From Dendrobates tinctorius (lineage: Eukaryota): a DNA stretch of 64,000 nucleotides. Location: positions 29,450,001-29,514,000 of the forward strand of contig NW_027361751.1 of the NCBI RefSeq assembly GCF_039654945.1. The letters run 5' to 3'. Both the position numbers and the translations under genes were made by a program. This document shows, in pieces, positions 26,263 to 41,420 of this stretch. The notes below the pieces were generated by a model. The model had not been told where the DNA came from. It saw only the letters and a list, made by a program, of their open reading frames with translations, and searched no databases. Position 1 is the stretch's first letter. Each line of letters begins with the position of its first letter.

Positions 26263-28095
26263 GTAAGTCTACACGGCAGAGAGCCCAAGGGTGCACTATC
26301 CCTTACACCAGCAGGGGGGTCCTTACTTGCTGAGACTTATCGGGGGGCGCCTTTAAACCCAGTGTTTTTAGGAAACAGCTCTGTAGATTCTGTAGCAAAA
26401 AGCCTGTGGCCGGATGTTCATTGCGAGTCAGTAGGGAAATAATTACCGTAATGCAGTGCATGCAATACATTTATTTTTTCCATCTGAATTTTTTTAAGTG
26501 TATGCGGAACTTTTTTTTCTGTGGCATCTGTGTGTGGTTTTCTTTGTTTTGTTTTTTTCATTTTTTACGTTGCAGATTGTATTGTGAAAAAATGCAACAA
26601 AAACAGAGGAACTAATTTACATCAATGGGGCTGTCCAATGAAACCAAGTAATTAGCTATCCACAGGATAGGTGGTAACTCATATATCAGTGGGGGGGGGC
26701 GACCTCTGGGACTTTTCTCCCTGTTAGCATTCAGTCGCAGTGTGGACGCTCCACTGCCAATCTACTCATTCACTATGGGACTACTGAGCGCTGCGCTCGG
26801 CTTTTACCGGCTGCCCAATAGAGAATGAATGAAGCAACAGGAATGTGAACTGTAGCCTAAATTTAATGTGCCCCGTTCTGGCAATTGTCGGGGTCCCAGC
26901 GGATGGACACACACTCACTTTTCAGAAATCACCCCTCTGACTTTTAAAACTTGAGTTTTTTTTAAAACACTTCTTTATCCAAGAGCCATAACTTTAGTTT
27001 TTTCCCTGTCAACACAGCAGCTTATTTTAGGGAGGGACAAGTTGTAGCTTTGAACAACACCATTAACTTCACCATACAATGTGCCGTGCAATCTGACAGA
27101 GCGCTGAACGCACGCAGTCCAGGGAACGCGCCCATCGGCCCTGCCTCGTCATGACCACAAGGTGTCGATGGGTTGCCATCGCTTCTGGGGGTCTTCTGAA
27201 GGAGCCTGTGCTCGCTATGACAGTGAAGACCAGTCACTCATACTATATACTGCAGTACTGCGATGTTGCTTTATATAGTATGAGCGAACAGACAATTGCA
27301 GTTTCAAGTCCCTAAAGAGGAAATAAAAAAAAAAAGATTTTACAATTGTAAGAATAATATAAAAATAAGATCGTCCTCCTTTTATTAAAAAGACAGAAAT
27401 TTTAAAAAATAAAACAGATCTGGGATGGTAGAGTCCGATCAACCAAAATATAACTCGATTATTGTTCAGGCTAATTTGTTTTAAGAGAAAAACATTAAAA
27501 ATGCCAGAATTGCGTATTTTTGGTCGTCACAACATTTAGGATAAATAAAAGCAGTAAAAAGCTAGCAAAAATCCATATCTACCCCAAAATAGCATCAAAA
27601 TAAAACCGGCAGCTCACGACACTAATTACATGCCCTGACACCATGTAAAAATGAAAACGTTACAGGTCACGCAAATTGTTTATATTAGTGTAAATGTATT
27701 TTTTTAAATTAATTTCCAAATTCTTTTACTGCGTAAAGCAAAAAAAAAATCCAATATCTATGACTCCTTGATCTAACTGACCTGGAGAATCCGAATGCTT
27801 GGTCATTTTTACAGCATAAAGAGCACCGTGAAAACCAAACACCAAAAACAACTGTGAAACTTTGTTTTTGGGGGGATTTTTTTTTGTAATTTTTGTAATT
27901 TTTTTGAAGAAAAAAAAAAAAAAATCTGCTACATTGAATATGAAAATGAATAGTAACTATAACTCATCCCTAAAAAAAAAAAATACATAAAAAAGAATCT
28001 ATAAACCTAGAAAAATGATCAGGCATTAGATATTTTTCTTTGTCAATTCTCTGTGAAGCCACTAGATGGCGCGTTCTGCATGTAAATAATGATGG

Positions 28096-28198
28096 AGTGT
28101 TTCCCAACCTGCAGCTGAGGCAAAACTACAACTACTAGCATGCCATGACTGCCTGGTGGGAGTTGTAGTTATTTAACAGCTTGGGGGGGGGAGCACTG
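28096..28198. mobile_element. Small hAT-type palindromic MITE with ACTACAAC motifs
   Basis: AGTGTTTCCCAACC ... GGGGAGCACT ends; inner ACTACAAC / GTTGTAGT inverted pair. Confidence 0.55.
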
Positions 28199-28474
28199 GA
28201 CATCTAGCAGAAATAAATCAATATAGCTAATAAATCTCTAGAAATCTGTCGGTATTCAGCCCCATAATCGACAATGTTAATTTTTCAGGAAATGTAGTTT
28301 TATGTAAATTCCCCAGTTACCAGATTCTAGTTCTGCCAGCCTGACACTGGTGGGTGTGTGCGCCACTATTTCTTCAGGCTGGTCTCATAGAGGGCAGGTT
28401 TGTCTGCCGTGAATCACAACGTTTCCCTGTTTTCGGTAATCGTTCTGGTGTAATATGTAACGCCCGAATAGTGA

Positions 28475-29118
<644 letters not shown>

Positions 29119-29165
29119 TTAATATCCACCATCCCCTGTGTAACGGTGATCATTTTTTTCTGTAG

Positions 29166-29215
29166 ATCTCCTCACCGTTTGTTTTCAAGCTGCTTCTTCA
29201 CAGACCATTCTTCAG
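29166..29215 (+). CDS. DIMT1: DIMT1 exon 6 (ISSPFVFKLLLHRPFFR)
   Basis: 50 nt; TAG / GTGAGT boundaries. Confidence 0.96.
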
Positions 29216-30028
29216 GTGAGTGTTTTTCCAAGTAGATCTCGCATAGACTGATGTGTCCAATCAGTATCTGGATGTGCTGTGATCACTGGGGGACTTTTCT
29301 CACAAACCCTATTAGGAAACATATAGATGTCATAGAGGAAAGTTCTCTGTAGACAGGACCTCCTTCCCTTTATACAGCCGAAAATAGTTACTCTGGAAAA
29401 GTGTCTCTTGTTCAGGTTCATCTGTTCCTTCCATTCTTTACATGCCCGCACTGTAGTGTTGGGGTATGTGCTCGCTGAAGTTTTAAGGAGGTTTTTTTTT
29501 TTAATGGATTCTTTAAAAGCACCCAAGAAAAAACGCTTGAAAGACTTTCTATTATATTGTACAATCACTTTGTTATTCATTCTGTCTTTTGAGCATTTTT
29601 TAATATTTTTTTTTCTGCTTTACATTTTGAAAAACTCTGGTGGGAAAAAAAAAAAGTGCATGTAATTTCTTTGAAGTGGCTTCTGATAGTAAGCACTCCA
29701 CAGTAAGCAGTGTTCAATCAGAAGACTGGGAGGAAAAACAAGACTGCTGGAAAAAAGGAAAATACTCCTTAAAAAGTAACAAAAGAAGGCGTTTTTTCCA
29801 AGCGGTTTCCACTAGTTTGTCATTTTTGACTGTAACAAAAAACACTCCATGTGCAGTTACCTTCAATATCTGATCAGATGCGGCTCTCCTCGGCTCGACA
29901 GCCGATCACACAAGTTTGGGAAGTCCGACCTGTGGAGATGAGCTTCTAACTTTGCAGTCATACACTTTAGATAACTGTGGTTCAAATGCTTAGTCTGCCC
30001 AGGGATCGACCTCCTGACCTCTGCCTTT

Positions 30029-30249
30029 TGGCCTCAGAGGTTCCTGACCCCGCTGCGGTTGGGCCTCGGAGGTTCCTGACCCCGCTGCGGTTGGGCCTCG
30101 GAGGCTCCTGACCCCGCTGCGGTTGGGCCTCGGAGGCTCCTGACCCCGCTGCGGTTGGGCCTCGGAGGCTCCTGACCCCGCTGCGGTTGGGCCTCGGAGG
30201 CTCCTGACCCCGCTGCGGTTGGGCCTCGGAGGCTCCTGACCCCGCTGCG
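30029..30249. repeat. 32-bp VNTR (GGGCCTCGGAGGCTCCTGACCCCGCTGCGGTT), about 7 copies
   Basis: Directly visible, near-perfect copies. Confidence 0.95.
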
Positions 30250-30359
30250 TTTAGATGCATGAAGTTCCCATATACCACAGTTCACACTATAGAACAAGTT
30301 GCTCCTTGCTGCAGATTAGCAGTGAGCCTTGCTGCACTACATGATGTGATACTTACTAA

Positions 30360-30677
<318 letters not shown>

Positions 30678-30841
30678 TGAGCCACATCACATTATTGAGC
30701 AATTCATTCCCCCCCCTGACAGGACAGTACCCAAGTATACTTTGTATCCAGTCTCTGAGATCTAGATTGGTTCCCATCCTGGGCCATGCCATTAATGTGC
30801 TGTTCACTGAGCCATATCATTCTGTGACTACTGTCAGATGT

Positions 30842-31746
30842 TATATACCTAAGAAGAGAGGAAGTGGCAGACAAAGATAAAATGAAATTTTTTTTATTTA
30901 ATACAATTAAAATAGATTCTATACACCAAAGTATAAATGTGGAACAAGGTAGAGTGTGCTCCCTGCGACTACCAAATTACATCAAGTGAGTCAGGTACAT
31001 ATAGCAGCACAAGTACTGTATTAATAATACCAAGAAACAGAAGGCCACTCAGTACAATATAGTAAATCGCAAACAGTTAGAACATATCAAGAAAGCCATA
31101 TAAAGTGCACTGTGCTATAATATGAAATGCCAAAATTGGTCATGTCCTATAAAGTGCAACGTGCTAAATAAGATGCCATGCTGAGATAAGCTTATAAGCC
31201 CAGGGAATATCCCATTGCATAAAGCCCAAGTGCCAAAATGCTGCAAAAGTGCAAATAAGGGCCAATGTAAATAGGCTTGCCAAATCACTGTCAGCAGCAG
31301 AAAATGTGTACCTGATATTGGTGGCAGGGAGAGGAACCCTGACGCGCGTTTCGCTGAATCGCTTCTTCCAAAGGGGGCGTCTGCTGCTGACAGTGATTTG
31401 GCAAGCCTATTTACATTTACATATTATAGCGCAGTGCACTTTATATGGCTTTCTTGATATGTTCTAACAGTTTGTATAAACACGCCAGTTTCAGTTCACT
31501 GTTTCTTTGTATCCACATGGATTTACTATATTGTACTGAGTGGCCTTCTGTTTCTGGGTATTATTAATACAATACTTGTGCTGCTATATGTTCCTGACTC
31601 ACTTGATGTAATTTGGTAGTCGCAGGGAGCACACTCTGCCTTGTTCCACATTTATACTTTGGTGTATAGAATCTATTTTAATTGTATTAAATAAAAATGT
31701 TTTCATTTTATCTTTGTCTGGCACTTCCTCTCTTCTTGGGTATATA
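30842..31746. mobile_element. Inverted-repeat structure, probably an inverted Penelope-like pLTR pair
   Basis: About 290-bp outer arms and about 37-bp inner arms; central GAAACGCGCGTC hammerhead-like motif on the minus strand. Confidence 0.65.
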
Positions 31747-31994
31747 TAATTCCTCTTTTGGAAGTTGACATTTAAATTTTTGGTCTTGCTTTTGGATATT
31801 TTACTGTCAGATGTTGTTGCATTAATTTGGCTCTTGGTTAGACAAAGAAACCCTGATGGGCCACCTATGGACAGTGTTCAGTTTTGGCTAAACGCTGCAT
31901 CCATCAGGTTGATGTGTCTCTGCCCTTTCGTTCTAGTGATATGAGGATTTTTTAGTATTTGATTCTCACTTATATAAGTTTTCAATGTGTCTGA

Positions 31995-32183
<189 letters not shown>

Positions 32184-32630
32184 TGAAAAAACGTCTCGCC
32201 ACAAAAGCTGTGATGGTAACTATCCAGTCCTATACGTCGTAAGGTAAAATGACATGATATAATCTGAGATTACTGGGGACGCAAGGATCATCCTCCAATA
32301 GATAGTAGACATGGTCAACAGGCGTTAGGCAACTGCCATCTGTAAGCCCTTCTGCTGCGGTTTTATAGCCTGATTACAAAGGCCGACCACACTTCCATTG
32401 TCACAGAATATCATTGTTTCCAGGCCAAACATCAACTGTCTACACAACTGAACCTTAAAGGGAGTCATAGAATGACTGTTCAAACCAAGCACAGGCGCTC
32501 AATGCACCCTTGGTGTGGCCAAACATTTTAGTCACCTTCCCATCTACCGTATTGACTATAAGACGCACTTTTTCCCAAAAATTTTTTGGGGGATAATGAG
32601 GATGTCTTATAGTCCAGATGTACTTACAAG

Positions 32631-32855
32631 TAGAGATGAGCAAATTTGTTCGGATTCAGTTCCGAATACGATTGGAATCGAATATTGTTTTTGCAGTATT
32701 TGTCGAATACAGCCGAACGCCATTAGAGTCAATGGGAGTAGAAATATCCAAATATGTTCGGAACCGATCATAAGACATACATTCGGTACGAATATGGCTC
32801 GAATATGTCAAAATCAGATTCGGGGACAAAATCCGAACAAATTCGTTAATCTCTA
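32631..32855. mobile_element. hAT-type MITE
   Basis: TAGAGATGAGCAAATTTG / CAAATTCGTTAATCTCTA; TSD CTTACAAG / CTTACAGC. Confidence 0.75.
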
Positions 32856-33407
32856 CTTACAGCTAGCATGGTGACGCTGCAGGGCAATGATCTCACACCC
32901 ATCCCAGGCTGGTGTGGCAGGTTCAGTTGTGCAGGGGCGTTTTATGAAAGCCCGAAGCCCCTCACACTTCCATTGCTGTAATGCGGTGGCCTTTGGGAAA
33001 ACGGCTGCCGGAGGCGGCACATGTGCAGATTGAGATCTCGGTAGATGAGATCTCTGTGCCGAGATCTCATTCAGCGCATGCGCCGTCTCCAGCAGCCATT
33101 CTCCCAGAATCGACCGCATTACAGCAATGGAAGTGTGAGGGGCTTCGTGCTTTCACAAAATGTCGGCGAAGCCCCCACAACACCAAGCATTGCTGAAACT
33201 GCCGCGCACCAGCCTGGGATGCATGTGTGGGGGGCTCCGGGCTTTCACAAAATGTCGTCGGAGCCGCCAAACCTGCCACACCAGCCTGGGATGAGAGTCA
33301 GATCATCACCAGACCACCAAACACCTCCTGTGACCCCCGCTCTACCAGCGGTCCTGATTTCCCCCCCGGTAAACTGAATTCAGACTGTAAGACGGACCCT
33401 CATTTAA

Positions 33408-34024
33408 AGGGAATCTGTCACCCCATTTTAGCCCTATAAGCTGCAGCCACCGCCATCAGGGGCTTATCTACAGCATTCTGTAATGCTGTAGATAAGCCCC
33501 CGATGAAACCTGAAAGATAAGAACACACGTTAGATTATACTCACCGGGGGGCGGGTGCGGTGGGTGTCGCGGTCCGGCGCCTCCCATCTTCATACGATGG
33601 CGTCCCCCTTCTTACTTCTCGCTCGGCTCCTGCGCAGGCGTACTTTATTTGCCCTGTTGAGGGCAGAGTAAAGTACTGCAGTGCGCAGGCATCGGGAAAG
33701 GTCAGAGAGGTCCGGAGCCTGCGCACTGCAGTACTCTGCCCTTCCCTCAACAGGACAGAGAAAGTACGCCTGCGCAGGAGCTGAGAGAGAAGCAAGGAGG
33801 AGGACATCATCGTATGAAGATGGGAGGCGCCGGACGGGACAACGACACCCATCGGACTGGACCGCCCCCTTCGGTGAGTATAATCTAACTCTTTTTTTCT
33901 TATCTTTCAGGTTACATCGGGGGCTTATCTACAGCATTACAGAATGCATTACAGAATGCTGTAGATAAGCCCCTGATGGCGGTGGCCGCAGCTTTTAGGG
34001 CTAAAATGGGGTGACAGACTCCCT
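33408..34024. mobile_element. T2/Kolobok-type fold-back MITE
   Basis: TTAA|AGGGAATCTGTCACCCC ... GGGGTGACAGACTCCCT|TTAA; almost entirely palindromic. Confidence 0.88.
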
Positions 34025-34270
34025 TTAATGCATTCCTTTTTTTCCCTATTTTCCTTCTGAAAATTTGGGGTGCATCTTGTGGTCCAGAACATCCTATAGT
34101 CCAAAAAATACGGTACTTGCTTTCCATCTATCTCCGCCCTTCTCTAGCCAGAACTGTCAATCATAGAATGGGGGGGTGGAGATAGAGGGAAAGTCCTGTA
34201 CCCATGGGTGTTCTGTAAGGTTTTTGCATTGTCTGACTCATGAAAAATTCCATTCTTGCTTTGTTTCTAG

Positions 34271-34335
34271 GAATGGGACGGTTTGGTAAGAATTGCATTT
34301 GTCAGGAAAAACAAAATCCTTTCATCGGCGTTTAA
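34271..34335 (+). CDS. DIMT1: DIMT1 exon 9 (EWDGLVRIAFVRKNKILSSAFK)
   Basis: 65 nt; TAG / GTAAGT boundaries. Confidence 0.96.
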
Positions 34336-34379
34336 GTAAGTGTTATCTATAATTCACATACACGTGTAATGTAAAGTAG

Positions 34380-34660
34380 TTGGTCAGCACAAAATGACTG
34401 TTCTTTCCAAGTACAGGCGCTCGGTGCACCCTTGGCGTGGCCTGGTTGTTCAGTGCACCTTCCCACCTACTTGTTTTGCTTCTATCTCCACCCCCTTTTC
34501 CTTGATTGACAACTCTGACTTTACTATAGCCAGAAAAGGCCGGAGATAGATGGAAAACAAGTGGGTGAGAAGGTGCAGTGACGTGCTCGGCCACGCCAAC
34601 AGTGCACGGAGCATCTGTGCTTGGTTTGGACAGTCATTTTGTGCTGACAGACTCCTTTTA
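34380..34660. mobile_element. T2-type MITE (same family as about 32459 and 57055-57325)
   Basis: GTCAGCACAAAATGACTG / CAGTCATTTTGTGCTGAC inverted ends. Confidence 0.7.
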
Positions 34661-35009
34661 AACTGAACGTAACTTATTTCTGGGGGCTGAACAATCTGCT
34701 AAGATTTGTCAGTCGCCATTATCCATGTGCATCCTGCCATAACTTACAAATGGTCTCTAAGGTCAAGACGTAGTGCAGAAAACCTCCATCCTGTTGCATC
34801 CATCCCTTTCTCTTCCATGATGTCCGACCCTACATGGCTGCAATGACTGTAGTCAGGATCTGTGAGCCATCCGCTATGTTCTGTGGCCAGCAGTAGCCTT
34901 CTATTGGGAATATAAATATGGTGGCAGCCATCGCTGTTATAGACGTGTATGTATTATGTTCAGTATATATCTGTGTTGCTAAAATACATATTTTTTTTTA
35001 TTCCCCCAG

Positions 35010-35073
35010 ATCCAGTGCGGTCCAGGAACTGCTGGAGAAGAATTATAGGATACACTGCTCCCTGCACAACACT
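35010..35073 (+). CDS. DIMT1: DIMT1 exon 10 (SSAVQELLEKNYRIHCSLHNT)
   Basis: 64 nt; CAG / GTAGGT boundaries. Confidence 0.95.
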
Positions 35074-35715
35074 GTAGGTGTTAATATACAGAATGTCGCC
35101 CCTGGGGTATCACATTTTGCCACATCACCTCGTGGCACCGAGTATTACCAGCTTCCAATTTATTGGTTTAAGTGTCTAGAAAGAAATAGGAAAGATTCAG
35201 GTCACCAAAACAGTGCAGTGGGCGTCTAGCTTTACTGTCCACATTGGACATGATTGTGCCCCGGAAGCGGTGAAACTGACCCCGTCCATCTGTATAGATG
35301 TGACAGATTTTCCAAGTCCTTCTAAAGCTTCACATCCTGTATTGCGTCTGTAGGAAGGAGGTCAGCGGCCTCCGAGCACCCACATGATCTCACCAGATCA
35401 CATTTCTGTCGGGGCTGTCCCTACACACATTAGACTTTATGGATTAGATCTTCTCAAACCTGACTTAATCTGCCAAGAAAACTCTTGTGTATAGGCAGCT
35501 TCTATCTGAGCCCAGACGGCCATATAGTTTGTAGCCGCAATCTGGGGACGTAGGAAATTACACAACGCTGCAATATTTAATTTTGGGGTGGAGAAATGGA
35601 AGCTACATGCATTCGTGTGGGTAATGTGGACTTGTTTGAGGACCGTGAACAATGAGAAATAACATCTATATGTACAGAGACCTGACACAGTGTAACACAA
35701 ACTCTCACTTTCTGA

Positions 35716-35826
<111 letters not shown>

Positions 35827-35918
35827 TGACTTCACATTAAGAGTTGCAAGAATTGGATCTAGAAATTTTATTTACAATTTTATCTAAATGTAATTTTTTT
35901 TTTTTCTTTTTTTTACAG

Positions 35919-35961
35919 ATTGCTACACGGGTTCAATGCAGAAGGAATCCACTTCTCTTAA
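35919..35961 (+). CDS. DIMT1: DIMT1 exon 12, coding part (LLHGFNAEGIHFS*)
   Basis: Long pyrimidine tract plus CAG; TAA at 35959-35961. Confidence 0.96.
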
Positions 35962-36498
35962 ATTATTTGGAGACTTTCACGTTATTATACACTGTTCTAG
36001 GGTATTGTGTTATTTTATATAATATCTGGGATCGGCACAGAGCCACTAACCTGACGTACAGAGAAGTGGCCATGTATGTACCGTAAGTGAGGAACATCAC
36101 CCAGCCGGACCTGCGATGTGCACGTAAGGCTCAGGCGCTGAGCTTGGTCTCCCTTGTACCTATATACAGTCTGACAATCGACAGATACCTTAAGGGCACA
36201 ATCAGACCCCCCGGCTCTCCCGACCCATAGAAAAAATACATGAAGGTGTCACACTCGGGTCAGGAGAGCCTCCGACCAGTCCATGCACTGCTTTCCGATC
36301 TCTGTCCAGTTTATATGGCCATCTGACTGCGCCCTGAGGGATACAGAGAAAAAGGAAACGTATCACGTGTGTAATGATGTCCTTGTACAGCTCTTTATGT
36401 CTATACTTGTTATATAATCCTAAATTACATTTAAGTTCTGCAAATATTTTGCTAGCAGGTGAGTGATTTATCATAAACTGGAAAAATGTTATTTAAAA

Positions 36499-36504
36499 AA
36501 TAAA
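36499..36504 (+). terminator. DIMT1: Probable DIMT1 polyadenylation signal
   Basis: AATAAA about 540 nt after the stop codon, with a downstream GT-rich tract (TGTATTGTTT). Confidence 0.55.
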
Positions 36505-37218
36505 AAAAATGTATCAAATGTATTGTTTCATGATGCATCCTTTCTAATCCTTTATCACTTTTGGTTATGTGTAGGAAAAAAAAAATCAAGTGGAACAATA
36601 AGATTTGCTGGACTGTGGTGCGGTGTTCTCATCGATACTCCTTGGTAGACAGATCAGGGCAATGAGAACTTATTTGGCTTGCCCTCAATTGCCAACATCC
36701 TGGCCTCATGTCATAATGTGCATCCCAAGGTCATGGGGGGCCTCGCAAATGCAAGAGGTACCCTGGGTGCCAGCAGTCAAGTGCCAGCCGAGGAAGTTTG
36801 CACTGCCCTTGTCCAGCCGCCATGCACTGCTGACATGGATGCCAGACCAGGATCTTTTTGCTTAACTTCAGTAAAATATTTTCCTGAAATGTTGCAGTTT
36901 TCACGCTGAGCCTCACAATAGACTGACACAGATTATTTTCTAGTCTGTGTTGTGTACTCTTAAGGGCAGGGTCAGCAATGGTCTAACCATCATTACAGCT
37001 GGAGTACAATGACAGATAAAACTGGAGCCACCACTGACAATAAGTGGTGGACTCTGCTCGGCCTCCTCGCCCTCTACACGGGTAACAGCACTGTAGTAAG
37101 CAGGGGCATTGCTTAGGTTAGAAATTATCAAGGGCCCAAGACATATTATGCCACTCAAAAAATAACAGTGTTAACTCCCTGAGTACAGATAATGTTGTAA
37201 ATGTTTCCGGCTGTGTTA

Positions 37219-38828
37219 CAGTGCCTTGCGAAAGTATTCGGCCCCCTGGAACTTTTCAACCTTTTCCCACATATCATGCTTCAAACATAAAGATACCAAA
37301 TGTAAGTTTTTGGTGAAGAATTCATTACAAGTGGAACACAATTGTGAAGTTGAACGAAATTTATTGGTAAATTTTTGTGGAAATTCAAAAACTGAAAAGT
37401 GGGGTGTGCAATATTATTCGGCCCCTTTACTTTCAGTGCAGCAAACTCACTCCAGAAGTTCATTGTGGAGCTCTGAATGATCCAATGTTGTCCAAAATGA
37501 CTAATGATAAATATCCATCTGTGTGTAATCAAGTCTCCGTATAAATGCACCTGCTCTGTGATAGTCTCGGTTCTTTTTAATGCACAGAGAGCATCGTGAA
37601 GACCAAGGAACACGACAGGCAGGTCCGTGATACTGTTGTGGAGAAGTTTAAAGCCGGATTTGGATACAAAATGATTTCCAAAACTTTAAACATCCCAAGG
37701 AGCACTGTGCAAGCGATCATATTGAAATGGAAGGAGTATCATACCACTGCAAATCTACCAAGACCCGGCCGTCCCTCTAAACTTTCATCTCAAACAAGGA
37801 GAAGACTGATCAGAGATGCAGCCAAGAGGCCCATGATCACTCTGGATGAACTGCAGAGATCTACAGCTGAGGTGGGACAGTCTGTCCATAGGACAACAAT
37901 CAGTCGAACACTGCACAAATCTGGCCTTTATGGAAGAGTGGCTAGAAGAGAGCCATTTCTCAAAGATATCCATAAAAAGTGTTGTTTAAAGTTTGCAACA
38001 AGCCACCTGGGAGACACACCAAACATGTGGAAGAAGGTGCTCTGGTCAGATGAAACCAAAATCGAACTTTTTGGCAACAATGCGAAATGATATGTTTGGC
38101 ATAAAGGCAACACAGCTCATCACCCTGAACACACCATCCCCACTGTCAAACATGGTGGCAGCATCATGGTTTGCGCCTGCTTTTGTTCAGCAGGGACAGG
38201 GAAGATGGTTAAAATTGATGGGAAGATGGATGGAGCCAAATACAGGACCATTCTTGAAGAAAACCTGTTGGAGTCTGCAAAAGACCTAAGACTGGGACGG
38301 AGATTTGTCTTCCAACAAGACAATGATCCCAAACATAAAGCAAAATCTACAATGTAATGGTTCACAAATAAACATATCCAGGTGTTAGAATGGCCAAGTC
38401 AAAGTCCAGACCTGAATCCAATTGAGAATCTGTGGAAAAGGCTGAAAACTGCTGTTCACAAACGATCTCCATCAAACCTCACTGAGCTCGAGCTGTTTGC
38501 CACGGAAGAATGGGCAAGAATTTTTGTCTCTCGCTGTACAAATCTGATAGAGACATACCCCAAGCGACTTGCAGCTGTAATCGCAGCAAAAGGTGACGCA
38601 ACAAAGTATTAAGTTAAAGGGGCCGAATAATATTACACACCCCACTTTTCAGTTTTTGAATTTCCACAAAAATTTAACATATCCAATAAATTTCGTTCAA
38701 CTTCACAATTGTGCCCCACTTGTTGATTCTTCACCAAATATTTACATTTGGTATCTTTATGTTTGAAGCATGATATGTGGGAAAAGATTGAAAAGTTCCA
38801 GGGGGCCGAATACTTTCGCAAGGCACAA
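37219..38828 (+). mobile_element. Tc1-like transposon, Passport-like, full length with stops and small deletions
   Basis: About 200-bp TIRs starting CAGTGCCTTGCGAAAGTATTCGGCCCC; transposase pieces 37596-38612 with WSDETK, QQDNDPKH and SPDLNPIE. Confidence 0.93.
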
Positions 38829-38983
38829 CACATAACAAAATTGATAGTTCTCTTGAGTACAAGTAATTGAGTACATGGGACCTGCAGTCCCATGTAATAT
38901 CTCAGATAAGACCGTGGTAACGTTCTGATTACATACAATGTAGCAGATGTTACCTGCAGTCCCATGTTATAATACACCACATA

Positions 38984-40604
<1,621 letters not shown>

Positions 40605-41420
40605 TATAATAAAATCGATAGTTTTCTGGGTACATATAATATACTATATTGGACTTGCAGACCTATGTAACACCACAGATATCTCCCCCTAGGCAGTAGA
40701 ATTAAATATATTTATATTATATTTTACTTCTCATTATCCCCCTGTAGTGTAGACACATACACCCCTTAATATCTCCACAACCTGCACCGTCCACCATAAT
40801 TAGATTGTCCCCTTTTTAATATCCTCATCCCCTATATTCTCCTTTGTGTAATTATATAAATACTCTACATTATAATCATCCCCGCCTGTTAGTGTAATAA
40901 CACCCATACAAGTAAATGATTCCCTCCGCCGTCCCCCCCCATGTAATTAGATATGCCATTTATGGTCCATCCATTTAGACAGCACAAGGGCCCAAAAACC
41001 TGATTGTGTGACTGTAGCATCAGATGTGTCTGGCAAATTTTAGGTGTAAATTCCAAATCCAATATCTGTTTTCCAAAACCCCTTTTTCAATATGTGGAAA
41101 ATAAATTTGCAGATATTTGGGCACATCGCGCATATATATATTTCAATCTGCAATCAATTTTATGCTGTGAACACAAATTACAGTGGGACTATGGTGGTCT
41201 CTAGAGAACCATTAACCCTTCTGCCTTTTTCAAGCCAATATACCACAAAATGTATAGAATATCATAGTAACAAGTGCTATTCTGTACAATATACAGGAAA
41301 AAAAGGGTAAACTGATATATTATGGGAGGGAAAAGGTGAAAAATACCAGTGTATGGCAGCCATTGGAGGGATAAGTCAAACGGAAGCCAATAATGTCGTG
41401 TATGTGGTCTTATATACAAA

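Larger units (their letters stand above)
32547..34113. mobile_element. Tc1/mariner-superfamily MITE (CCGTA termini) hosting two further MITEs
   Basis: TA|CCGTATT ... AATACGG|TA; it interrupts a T2 MITE that starts near 32459. Confidence 0.75.
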
